Part shown: positions 48,642 to 59,151 of the stretch, one piece after another
How the letters are laid out: the number at the start of each line of letters is the position of its first letter
How positions within the stretch are numbered: position 1 is the first letter of the stretch
Assembly (NCBI GenBank): GCA_965202985.1
Contig: CBDBCF010000001.1
Span: 2,816,001 to 2,880,000, forward strand
Source of the DNA: Longimicrobiales bacterium
GTDB taxonomy: Bacteria > Gemmatimonadota > Gemmatimonadetes > Longimicrobiales > Gaopeijiaceae
Reading direction: 5' to 3'
Length of the DNA: 64,000 nucleotides
The notes under the pieces: model-generated
What the model saw: the letters and a program-made list of their open reading frames with translations, nothing else
Told to the model about the DNA's origin: nothing
The model's database searches: none
Position numbers and translations under genes: made by a program

Positions 48642-49655
48642 TTGACTCGCTTGGTCGTTCCGCGCCCTTCCGTCGCTAGGCGATGTCCCCTGCCGACCTC
48701 GACCGGTGCCGCACCTGGGTCGTGCTTGTCGCTGGCGCTGGCGCTAGCCCTGGCTCCGGCGGGCTGTTCCTCTCCCCAGCCGACGCCGGAGGCCGCTCCG
48801 CCGCCCCTTCCCGGCCCCGCCTTGGCGCTCCTGGAGCCCGATACCGTCCGGGCGCGCAGCCTGGGCGAGGGCGTCTGGTACCGCTTCGTATGGTCGGCTC
48901 GCGGGCCGTGGGCCGTGCACTTGGTTTCCGCAGAGACGGAGCGTTGCGACGTGGGCCTCTCGGTCGTCCCCGCGAGAAGCTCCGAAGAGGGCGGCCGTCA
49001 GCCGATGAGGGTGTCGGAGATGGCGCCCGCTGCTCCGGCCGAAGCGTTGGCGGGCGTCAACGGCGACTTCTTCATGCGCGATGCGGGAGGTCTGCCGGTG
49101 GGCTCCGAGGTCACGTCGACGACGCGACGGCTCTCCGACCGGCCCGCGTTTGCATGGGGCTCCCGAGGCGCCCCGTGGATCGGCGCGCCGTCTCGAAGCG
49201 GCGACGGCTTCGTGGCGTTCGGTCGCGACACCATTGCCGCGGACGGGTCACCCGGCTCGGATGCGCTTCAGGTCGTGGGCGGCTACCCCGAGCTGCTGGA
49301 CCAGGGCCGGCGCGTAGGCGACTTGGCGGTCGAGGCCAGACCGGCGTTCGCGTCCTCGCGCCATCCTCGTACGGCCGTCGGGTTCGACGCCGAAGCGAGA
49401 GTCCTGTGGCTCGTGGTGGTGGACGGCCGGCAGGCCCCCTACTCGGAAGGCATGTCCCTTCCCGAGCTGGCCGACCTGTTCGTGTCCCTAGGGGTGGGCG
49501 ACGCCTTGAACCTGGACGGCGGCGGGTCCTCCACCATGACTTTGGGCGAGCGCGTCGCCAACCGTCCATCGGACCTGTCCGGCGAGCGCCGAGTCGGGAA
49601 CAGCCTCTGGGTGGTCAGGGACCCAGCGGCGTGCGGCGCCGTTTCCCCGCCGTAA
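48642..49655 (+). CDS. Phosphodiester glycosidase (NAGPA) family lipoprotein
   Basis: GVNGDFF, HPRTAVG, VVDGRQ and ALNLDGGGSSTM. Confidence 0.9.
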   Translation: MTRLVVPRPSVARRCPLPTSTGAAPGSCLSLALALALAPAGCSSPQPTPEAAPPPLPGPALALLEPDTVRARSLGEGVWYRFVWSARGPWAVHLVSAETERCDVGLSVVPARSSEEGGRQPMRVSEMAPAAPAEALAGVNGDFFMRDAGGLPVGSEVTSTTRRLSDRPAFAWGSRGAPWIGAPSRSGDGFVAFGRDTIAADGSPGSDALQVVGGYPELLDQGRRVGDLAVEARPAFASSRHPRTAVGFDAEARVLWLVVVDGRQAPYSEGMSLPELADLFVSLGVGDALNLDGGGSSTMTLGERVANRPSDLSGERRVGNSLWVVRDPAACGAVSPP

Positions 49656-49665
49656 GGCTCTGGCC

Positions 49666-52600
49666 CTACCTGTCCGGCGGCCCGGAGTTCCACGACACCG
49701 AAGCGCCCACGTAGCCGCCGCGGGCCGGCCCCGGCTCGAAGTAGCGGCCGCCGAAGGCGTTCACCACCACCGAGGACGCGTATCGGGCGTCGGTGGCGTT
49801 GGTGATCCCCGCGAAGGGCGAGAACCGCACCGAGCCGGCCTGCAGGTCCGTGGCCCCGAAGCGCAGGCCTACGAGGGCGTAGCCGGCGGCTTCGGCTTGG
49901 TTGGCGTCGTCGGCGGGCGTCTGGCCGCGAACCTCTAGGCGGAGTTCACCGAACCAGGCTCCGCGGACGGTGCGCACCGCGGCTTCCAGATGGTGGGGCG
50001 CCACGCCGGGGACTCGGTTGCCGGAGAACGAACGGTCGTCCACTGCGAAGTCGTCGAAGCGCGCGTCCACGAAGCTGTAGGCGATTCGGCTGGACAGCGA
50101 CGGGGACGCCACGGCGCGGACCGACGCCTCCACGCCCCGTATCGTGGACTTCCCGGCGTTGCGGAAGAACCGCCGTCCCGGCGCCCCGGCCACCTCGAAG
50201 GGGACCAACTGGTTCGCCAAGCGCGTCGAGAAGGCGGCCAAGTCGTACGCGATCCCGGCGTCGTCGGGGCCGTCGCCCCCCAGCCCCAGCGACCCCCGCA
50301 CTCCCGCCTCGACCGTCCACCCGTGCTGCGGGTCCAGGCCGGGGTTCAGGCCGCCGGCTCGGTCGGCTTGGTTGGCCAGCTCGGTCGTCGTCGGGGTCTC
50401 GAACGATCGGGCCACGGACGCGAAAAGGCCGTGGCGCCCCAGGTCGGCGTACAGGCCCAGCGACGGGTTGATCGCGCTCATCGCGCGCGTTCCCGAGTCG
50501 TCGGGGTTCTCCGAGTTCACGAACCGGTCGTCGGCCCGGAAGGCGAAGTGGTCGAAGCGCACGGCGCCGGCCATCTCGACGCGGGCGCTCAGGGGAAGTC
50601 GCGCGTGTCCGAATACGGCCGCCGCCCGGACCCGCTCCTGCTGGTCCAGGGTCAGGTCGCCCGCGCTGCCGCCCACGTTGGCGAAGTTCCGGCGGTCGTC
50701 GCTCTGCACCTCCGCGTCGGTGCCGAAGCCCAAGCGCGCCGTGCCTCCGCTCGTAGGCCACCCCTTGGTCAGGACCAGGCGCACCCCGCCGCTGTTCCGG
50801 GTCAGGTCGATCACCTGCGTGGGGATGGGGTTGTCGAGCACCCGCCTGGCGCCGTAGGCCGACGCCTCGGCTTCCAGTCCGCCCAGCGGCCCTTGCCACG
50901 CCGCGCCCGCCTGCATCTGCCGCACGTGCTTGCGGGTTCGCCGGGCCACGTTGAACCCCCAGGCCTGGTTGCTGCCTTGGTCGAAGAGGTCGGCGGGCAG
51001 CGACCCGGGGTTGAGCGCGTCCAAGTCCACGCCCGCCAGCCGGAACGTCAGCGAGCCCCCGCCGGCGCCCAGCGAAGCTCCAACGTTGAGCGTCTGCCGG
51101 GCACCCCCCGCGTAGGGGTTCTCGCCGCTATCGGACGGGTTGTCGCGGAAACCGTCGAGACGGGTCCTGCCGTAGCTGGCGCGGTACTGCACGCCGCCCG
51201 CGGTCCCCGACCCCGAAACCTCGGTGCGCAGCATCCCGTTGGAGCCGCCCGCGAGCACGGCGCCTTGGCGCCAACGGCCGGCAAAGGGTTCGGCGCTTCG
51301 GAACAGGAGTACGCCCCCGGCGGCGTTCCCGTACCAAGCGGCGGCCGGTCCCCGCAGAGCTTCCACGCGCGCCAGAGAGCCGATGTCCAAGTGGTCCAGG
51401 GTGGACTGGCCGTCGGGAAGCGTGGCCGGGATGCCGTCCACGAGGACCTTGATCCCCCGAACGCCGAACTGGGACCGGGCTCCGAAGCCGCGAATCGATA
51501 TGCGCTCGCCCACGGCCAAGTTGTGCCGGTTTTGGACGCGAACGCCCGGCAAGGCGTGAAGGGCCTCCTCGATCGAAGTCCCCGCCGCGCCCTGCGCGAT
51601 TTCCTGCCGGGTCAGGACCGAAGCCGCAAAGGGAAGGCGATCCAGTCGCGCCGGCGACCGCAAGACGGACACCACGATGGGGGCCAGGGTCACCGTGTCC
51701 TTCGCGGGCGGGGCCGGGCGGGAAGCGGTGCGGGGGGCGGTCGTCGTCGGGGAGAAGGCGCTCAAGGCCCCGAACACGCCCAAGGCCCCGAAGACCCCGA
51801 GGGGGCTCCCGACCAGCGTTGGAGTGGCGGCCCCGGCGGAAGGGGCGGACGAGCGAGCGGGGCGTGCGTCCGAGGCTGGAGCGGCGGGTGCGCGGGGCGG
51901 ACTGCCGTCCAAGCGGCGACGTTCCTGTCGCGTCTGGTTGCCGGTGCCGACGCGCAGGTCGAGGGTGAAGTAGGGGTCCTGAGCCGAGATGCGGATCGTT
52001 CGCTCCCTGGCCGCTATCAGGTCCGACAGGTGGTACGCGGTCTCGAAGCGGGCGTTCTTGAGCGTCGCTTCGTCGGCGTCCGCCAGCACCTCCACTTCCA
52101 GGGGCGTGTCGACGGGGACCCAGCAAGCCAAGTAGCGGCCCGAAGCGTCCGTCGCGACGGCCACGCCGCTGTTTCCCTCGCGAAGGGTCGTCACGCCTTC
52201 CTCCGCCGATACGCCGTACCCGCGCCAAAGAACCCGGACCAGCGCGCCGACCATGGGCTGGCCCAGCGAGTCCGCGACTTGGCCGGCCAGCACGCCCGTT
52301 GCGCGCCCCGGATCGGCGCCCGGAACCAAGGCCCTTTCGGCGGGCGGCTTCGCGTGCCGGCAGATGCGGGCCACCGCCCGGCCCACCGACGGCGCCGCGA
52401 AGTTTACCTGGGCCGGCGCCTCGTTCCCCTCTCCGATCTCCACCTGGAAGGGCTCGGCCGAGTAGCCGTAGCGGTCCAGGTACGGATGGGAAAAGTTGAC
52501 CGCGTACACGCCGGGGCGGAGGTGGGTCACCTCGAAGCGGCCTTCTCGGTTCGTGACGACTTCGGCGCCGCCGCCCTCCAGGAAGACGCGCGCGCCCGGC

Positions 52601-53781
52601 AGGCCTTGGCGGAGACTGTCAAAGACGATCCCGGCGATGCGTCCTCCCTTGTCCGCCCGCAGCACCAGCCCTGCGTCGCCGTGGACCTGGAGCACATCGC
52701 CGCCCTGCACGGTGATCCCGTCCAGCGTAGTGGCCATGTGCTTGGTCAGAGGGTTCGTGGAGACGGCGGCCCGGGGCATTCGGATCTCCCACGAATGAAC
52801 GATCCAAGTGCCGTTCGGCAGTGCGCGGAACGACACTCTGCCGCCTGGATTCGCCGAGAGAAGCACGCCCGGGATGTCCAGGTTGCGGTAGCGAAAGTCG
52901 AGCCACTGCAACTGCGCGGTCGCCGGGTCCAGCCACAGCGTGCCGGCCACGTCGGCGACCCGGCGGCCGGGCACGGGCTCGAAGGCCAGGCCGACCAGCC
53001 CCGGTGCGCGGTCCTCGTCCTGTTCCAGCTTGAAGCAGTGCGCGTCCAGGAAGAGATCGGAGAGGAGGACCGCGGCGTCAGGGGCTCGGTACGCGGACTC
53101 GCTCGGCGAGAAGACCGCGAAGCCGTTCCGCATCAGCGAGTCGGCGGGGAGGGCCACGAACGGCGCCTTGCGGTAGCCCTGGTCGAAGGTGCGGTCCTCC
53201 GACAGCACCACGCGGCCTTCGCGGTCCATCTCCCGCCTGACCCCCATCATCTCGTACCGGTACATGCCCCGACTCTGGGTCCACGCGGCGGCGGCCAGCG
53301 CCTTCCGGGCCTCTTCCCAGACGCGGGTCACGGCCAGCCCCTCTTCCGGACGCACGCGGCACCGCCGGTCGGCGCGGGCCTCCAAGCCGTCCAGCGACAC
53401 GGCCTCCACCGCAGCCGCCATGGGCGGGTCGAGCAGCGTCACCGTGTCGCCGGCGGCCAGCTGGAAGGGGCCGGCCTCCGTGGACGCGTAGCCGATCCGG
53501 TCCGCCCGCAGGCGGTATCGTCCCGGTGCCAGCGCGGTCAGCCGGAAGAGGCCATTGTCGCGCGTCAGAACCTGCTCGACCGACCGTCCGCCGGCGTCCA
53601 CCAGCGTCATCATTGCGCCCCCGATGCCTTGTCCGCCCGATTGGGCCGCCTCTACCAACCGGCCCAGCACGACCTGGGCCGGAGAGCCGGTCGCGACGAC
53701 AGGGCTCGCGACGGAGAACAGGCCAGCCGCGACGGAGGCGGCGGCCCAGCAGAGGGCAAAGCGAGTGCGCGGTCGGGGCAG
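49666..53781 (-). CDS. Fusion ORF: carboxypeptidase-regulatory-like (Ig-like) domain protein plus TonB-dependent receptor
   Basis: N-half has GRYRLRADRIGYA, F..HCF, GLPGARV and TDASGRYLAC. C-half has IRGFGARSQFGVRG..DGIPATLPDGQ, EALRGPAAAWYGNAAGG, FETPT and YFEPGP. No stop between halves. Start is CTG 53781 (after GGAGG) or GTG 53862. Confidence 0.8.
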   Translation of the reverse strand: MPRPRTRFALCWAAASVAAGLFSVASPVVATGSPAQVVLGRLVEAAQSGGQGIGGAMMTLVDAGGRSVEQVLTRDNGLFRLTALAPGRYRLRADRIGYASTEAGPFQLAAGDTVTLLDPPMAAAVEAVSLDGLEARADRRCRVRPEEGLAVTRVWEEARKALAAAAWTQSRGMYRYEMMGVRREMDREGRVVLSEDRTFDQGYRKAPFVALPADSLMRNGFAVFSPSESAYRAPDAAVLLSDLFLDAHCFKLEQDEDRAPGLVGLAFEPVPGRRVADVAGTLWLDPATAQLQWLDFRYRNLDIPGVLLSANPGGRVSFRALPNGTWIVHSWEIRMPRAAVSTNPLTKHMATTLDGITVQGGDVLQVHGDAGLVLRADKGGRIAGIVFDSLRQGLPGARVFLEGGGAEVVTNREGRFEVTHLRPGVYAVNFSHPYLDRYGYSAEPFQVEIGEGNEAPAQVNFAAPSVGRAVARICRHAKPPAERALVPGADPGRATGVLAGQVADSLGQPMVGALVRVLWRGYGVSAEEGVTTLREGNSGVAVATDASGRYLACWVPVDTPLEVEVLADADEATLKNARFETAYHLSDLIAARERTIRISAQDPYFTLDLRVGTGNQTRQERRRLDGSPPRAPAAPASDARPARSSAPSAGAATPTLVGSPLGVFGALGVFGALSAFSPTTTAPRTASRPAPPAKDTVTLAPIVVSVLRSPARLDRLPFAASVLTRQEIAQGAAGTSIEEALHALPGVRVQNRHNLAVGERISIRGFGARSQFGVRGIKVLVDGIPATLPDGQSTLDHLDIGSLARVEALRGPAAAWYGNAAGGVLLFRSAEPFAGRWRQGAVLAGGSNGMLRTEVSGSGTAGGVQYRASYGRTRLDGFRDNPSDSGENPYAGGARQTLNVGASLGAGGGSLTFRLAGVDLDALNPGSLPADLFDQGSNQAWGFNVARRTRKHVRQMQAGAAWQGPLGGLEAEASAYGARRVLDNPIPTQVIDLTRNSGGVRLVLTKGWPTSGGTARLGFGTDAEVQSDDRRNFANVGGSAGDLTLDQQERVRAAAVFGHARLPLSARVEMAGAVRFDHFAFRADDRFVNSENPDDSGTRAMSAINPSLGLYADLGRHGLFASVARSFETPTTTELANQADRAGGLNPGLDPQHGWTVEAGVRGSLGLGGDGPDDAGIAYDLAAFSTRLANQLVPFEVAGAPGRRFFRNAGKSTIRGVEASVRAVASPSLSSRIAYSFVDARFDDFAVDDRSFSGNRVPGVAPHHLEAAVRTVRGAWFGELRLEVRGQTPADDANQAEAAGYALVGLRFGATDLQAGSVRFSPFAGITNATDARYASSVVVNAFGGRYFEPGPARGGYVGASVSWNSGPPDR

Positions 53782-53916
53782 GGACGACCTCCGAGTGCGG
53801 GGTCCGGTCTTGCCGGGTAGCGGGTCTACTGGATTCCGGCGCGTGATCCGATCGCCGGGCACGCGGTCCGGCTCCCAAGGTAATACTCGGGTGGACGACG
53901 GGTGCACTGGCGGACC

Positions 53917-53945
53917 TTGCACGCCTGGGCGCAGGCAACTAGGAT
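53917..53945 (+). promoter_or_regulatory. Putative sigma70 promoter of peptide/propeller operon
   Basis: TTGCAC-N17-TAGGAT about 90 nt upstream of ATG 54035. Confidence 0.55.
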
Positions 53946-54034
53946 CAGGATCACAGCTGGGTCGTTTCGGTCCGTATGGCAGTTGGCCTGCGGGGGAGCG
54001 TGCCGGAGTCCAACTTTCCCAACAAGGAGGGAAC

Positions 54035-54421
54035 ATGTCCAAGTGGTCCAAAGAGAACATCGTCAAGGTCGTCGTTGGCCTCACCGTCGTCGCTGCAGCG
54101 GGGTGGGCCGGGGTGCTCTGGACCGAGGCTTGGTCCGTGGGCACCTACGGGGCCTACGTCATCGCACTCGGGTTGCTGGGCGGTATCGTGTGGGCCGCAT
54201 GGAGACTCGGGTCGAGAAGGACGAAGAAGGTTGGGGTGGCGATGGCAGCGCTGGTCGCTGTCGGGGGACTGCTGATCGTTACCCTTGGCGCACCGGAGGT
54301 CTGCGCCGATGGTGGGTGTGCGAACGAGGCGTGCGTCCGAGACTTGCCTTGCCTCGTGACGTGTCCGCCTTGCAACGGCAGCCCATTTGACCCGGGCACA
54401 TGCTGGTACGCAATGCACTAG
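54035..54421 (+). CDS. 128-aa membrane protein with C-terminal Cys-rich peptide (putative secreted disulfide-rich peptide precursor)
   Basis: Strong RBS AAGGAGG, three hydrophobic helices, and tail DGGCANEACVRDLPCLVTCPPCNGSPFDPGTCWYAMH. Confidence 0.75.
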   Translation: MSKWSKENIVKVVVGLTVVAAAGWAGVLWTEAWSVGTYGAYVIALGLLGGIVWAAWRLGSRRTKKVGVAMAALVAVGGLLIVTLGAPEVCADGGCANEACVRDLPCLVTCPPCNGSPFDPGTCWYAMH

Positions 54422-54456
54422 CGTCGCCGCCGAATCCGACCGCCCGGCGCGGGTTG

Positions 54457-55572
54457 ATGGGATACCCAGCGCGACTTGCCTTCTTGCTGGCTCTGGCGGG
54501 GTGTTCGTCGTCCGGGCACGGTGCTGTCGCGCCTTCACTTGCGATCGACGAGTCCGAATCGTGTCGCGATTGCGAGATCGCCTTCCGAACAGTCGCGTTG
54601 CTGGGAGGCGACGACGATCCCGGTTCGGTGTGGGGCAGAGCGGCGGGAGACGGGTGCATGGTCGGGCAGCTGAGCACAGGCGAATTCTTGCTGGGCGGGG
54701 TTGCAGGCGGCGGCGACATCTTCGTCTACGACGAGGACGGGAGGTTCGTGCGGGCTATGAACCGCGAGGGCCAGGGGCCCGGCGAAGTGCAGGGCATGGC
54801 CCGTATCTGGGTAGGACCGGGCGATACGCTCTTCGTGGCGGACGACGGGAACAACCGATTGCAGGTCCTGACCTCTCAAGGCGAATACGTTCGCTCCTTC
54901 GGGATGCCAGCGCCTTATCGCCGGTTCGCTCGTTTAGGTACGGGAGACCTCGTCTTCGCTCGATCCGTGACGAGTCCCGGCGACGACACATTCGTTCTGG
55001 TCGATGCTGTCGGCCGGGAAGTCGAAAGGTTCGGCCCGTCGATGGTCGCCGAGCCGGACCTGGAGCGAGTTCTTGCAAGCCCTCGTCCCGGGACGGAAGC
55101 GACCTTCTGGGCAGCCAGCATGTGGCGCTACGCCGTCCACGAATGGAGCGCGCGGGGCGCGACCGAGCAGTCGCTTACTCTGAAGCGAACGTTGGTGCGG
55201 GAAGCCGACTGGTTTCCGGCGTACCCGGAGTTCGGTGCCGAAGTGTACGAGTCCGCTCCGCCGCCGGCGGCACTGCACCACGTCTGGGAGGACGACGAAG
55301 GGCTTCTCTGGACGTACGTCTTGCTGCCGGACCCGGATTGGCACCCGGGCATTCCGTTCAACCCGCGCCCCGCTTGGCACCGCGACACCTTCGACCACCG
55401 GGTCGAGGTGATTGATCCGTCCTCGGGCCGCCTCGTCGCCGTCGGCCAACACGAGGACAGGTTCTCTCCCGTGTGCGGCAGCAAGCTCATGTACGCGGTG
55501 ACCGAGACTCCAGCCGGCGACCTGCGCGTAAAGGTCGTGGAGCCCTACCTGACGAGAGGGCCTTCCGAATAG
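54457..55572 (+). CDS. 6-bladed beta-propeller (NHL/TolB-like) lipoprotein
   Basis: Lipobox LAGC, REGQGPGE motif, DTLFVADDGNNR and DDEGLLW. Confidence 0.8.
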   Translation: MGYPARLAFLLALAGCSSSGHGAVAPSLAIDESESCRDCEIAFRTVALLGGDDDPGSVWGRAAGDGCMVGQLSTGEFLLGGVAGGGDIFVYDEDGRFVRAMNREGQGPGEVQGMARIWVGPGDTLFVADDGNNRLQVLTSQGEYVRSFGMPAPYRRFARLGTGDLVFARSVTSPGDDTFVLVDAVGREVERFGPSMVAEPDLERVLASPRPGTEATFWAASMWRYAVHEWSARGATEQSLTLKRTLVREADWFPAYPEFGAEVYESAPPPAALHHVWEDDEGLLWTYVLLPDPDWHPGIPFNPRPAWHRDTFDHRVEVIDPSSGRLVAVGQHEDRFSPVCGSKLMYAVTETPAGDLRVKVVEPYLTRGPSE

Positions 55573-55642
55573 CGATTAACCTTCAGTGGCATCTGACGCC
55601 GCTGGTCCACTTTGACGCACTATAAGCGCGAAAGGACATCCG

Positions 55643-57600
<1,958 letters not shown>

Positions 57601-57700
57601 CTCGCCGGGACGAGTGGTCGCAGCCGTGCGCTTCGACTACCCGGAGGACGTCGTTCAAGGGGTCGTTGTCGATTCGAGGCTCGGGCAAGGAGGGGGGCTG

Positions 57701-57730
57701 GGAACTTTTTTCTGGTTTGTGAGGTATAAG
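57701..57730 (+). promoter_or_regulatory. Candidate ECF-type promoter
   Basis: GGAACTTTTTT...GTATAAG in an AT-rich patch just upstream of the ECF gene. Confidence 0.4.
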
Positions 57731-57761
57731 GGGCAAACATTCCTTCAACGGGGAGCGATCC

Positions 57762-58283
57762 ATGAGGGCACAAACGGCAGAAACCACGGTCAGCGAGGAA
57801 CTCTTCGGCAAGCTGGTCATGGAGCACTGGCCGCGGCTCGTGCAGCAGGCCGAGCAGTACCGTGGCCGGGCCGAGACGGCAGAGGACATCGCGCAACGGG
57901 CAGTCATCAACGCCCATGGGCAGCTTCACAGGCTGAAGAATCCCGAGAGGGCCGGGCGATGGCTGGCGAAGTTCGTGCAGTTCGCAGGACTCAAGTCCGT
58001 GGCGAAGCGGGCAAGGCGACGGGAGCTGCTTCAGGCCCACGGCCTGCCGGACCGCGGACACGCCAAGTCGCCGGAGGAGCTCATGCTCCTGGAGCTGGAG
58101 GACGAAGCGCTGGACCGGGCGATCGACGAACTGCCCGAGAGGTGGCGCACCGTCGTCCTTTCCCGCCTAGCCGGACTCTCCGTGAGCGAAACGGCAGCCA
58201 AGCTGGGAATACCCGAGGGCAGCGTGAAGTCGTACACGCACAGGGCCGTCTGCGTTCTCCGCGAGGCGGTGGCGACGACCTGA
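57762..58283 (+). CDS. ECF RNA polymerase sigma factor (divergent, no adjacent anti-sigma)
   Basis: AEDIAQRA, RWL, AIDELPER and ETAAKLGIPEGSVKS. RBS GGGAG. Confidence 0.85.
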   Translation: MRAQTAETTVSEELFGKLVMEHWPRLVQQAEQYRGRAETAEDIAQRAVINAHGQLHRLKNPERAGRWLAKFVQFAGLKSVAKRARRRELLQAHGLPDRGHAKSPEELMLLELEDEALDRAIDELPERWRTVVLSRLAGLSVSETAAKLGIPEGSVKSYTHRAVCVLREAVATT

Positions 58284-58443
58284 ACCACCGCGTTTCCAGA
58301 ACCCCTCCGCGACCGATTCTCGGTTCTTGGGCTCGGGAAACGCGATGGGTCGGGAAGCGAATTCTGCCCGGCCGACGACCTTACCCACGTGCTGCAATAG
58401 GATCAGACGCCCAGCCTAGTACCCAGCGGTGAACTGGTCGGGC

Positions 58444-58895
58444 CTAGGTCGCCACTCGGGCCAGCAACTCCCCGACCGTGTCGCACTCGATGACGTCTGC
58501 CGCCGCGTCCAGCTGGTCGCGTCCGTCCAGGCCGCCGATCACGCCCCGACAGTTGCCCGGCCGCGTCCGCGCCGAACTTCTTGGCCACCAGGCGTTCCAG
58601 GACCTCCCGCCGCCCTGTCCGACGACCTTCCGCTCGCAGCCTTGCCATCTCTTCTTCGATCTGTGTGTACATCTGCCTGCCTCCGTCAAGTTGGTGATCT
58701 TCGACAGTTCCTCTTCCGAACGGCCCCACTGCCGCGCCCAACGCCCACAGCGCGAACGCCTCCGGTATCGATGCGCCACACCATGTCGGCCTGTCGGCGC
58801 GAGCTTGGAGGCCGACGCGCTCGAGGCCAGGTATCGGTCGACGGCGGCGCAGCTCCCGGAACCGGGCCACCTCGGACAGCGGGAGAGAACTTGGC
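58444..58895 (-). pseudogene. Internally deleted tandem copy of the adjacent Rpn gene
   Basis: RRQADMVWRID is joined directly to PEAFALWALGA. The C-terminal ~330 bp are highly similar to 58900-59250, with frameshifts. Confidence 0.85.
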
Positions 58896-58899
58896 TGGA

Positions 58900-59151
58900 C
58901 TAGTTGGCGAGCCGGGCGATCAGCTCCCCGACCGTGTCGCACTCGATGACAGCGTCCGCCGCCGCGTCCAGCTGGTCGCGTCCGTCCAGGCCGCCGATCA
59001 GGCCCGACAACTGTCCGGCCGCATCCGCGCCGAACTTCTTGGCCACCTGGCGCTCCAAGAGGGTCCTGGCTTCCCGGCGGCCCTCTCGGCGGCCTTCCCG
59101 GCGGCCCTCGTCCCGCAGCCTTGCCATCTCTTCTTCGATCTGCGTGTACAT
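58900..59151 (-). CDS. In-frame internal ORF of Rpn (RpnS-like putative antitoxin, 83 aa)
   Basis: GGAGG (59160-59164) 8 nt before in-frame ATG 59151, giving MYTQIEEEMARLRDEG... Confidence 0.6.
   Translation of the reverse strand: MYTQIEEEMARLRDEGRREGRREGRREARTLLERQVAKKFGADAAGQLSGLIGGLDGRDQLDAAADAVIECDTVGELIARLAN

Noticed and set aside
49990..53820. 1276-aa plus-strand ORF and many other long antisense or alternate-frame ORFs
   Set aside because: Shadow ORFs of real genes in high-GC DNA; Arg/Gly/Pro-rich with no motifs.
54035..54421. Radical-SAM/lanthipeptide RiPP interpretation of the Cys-rich peptide
   Set aside because: No modifying enzyme or peptidase-ABC exporter nearby; the even Cys count after a signal-like segment fits disulfides better.
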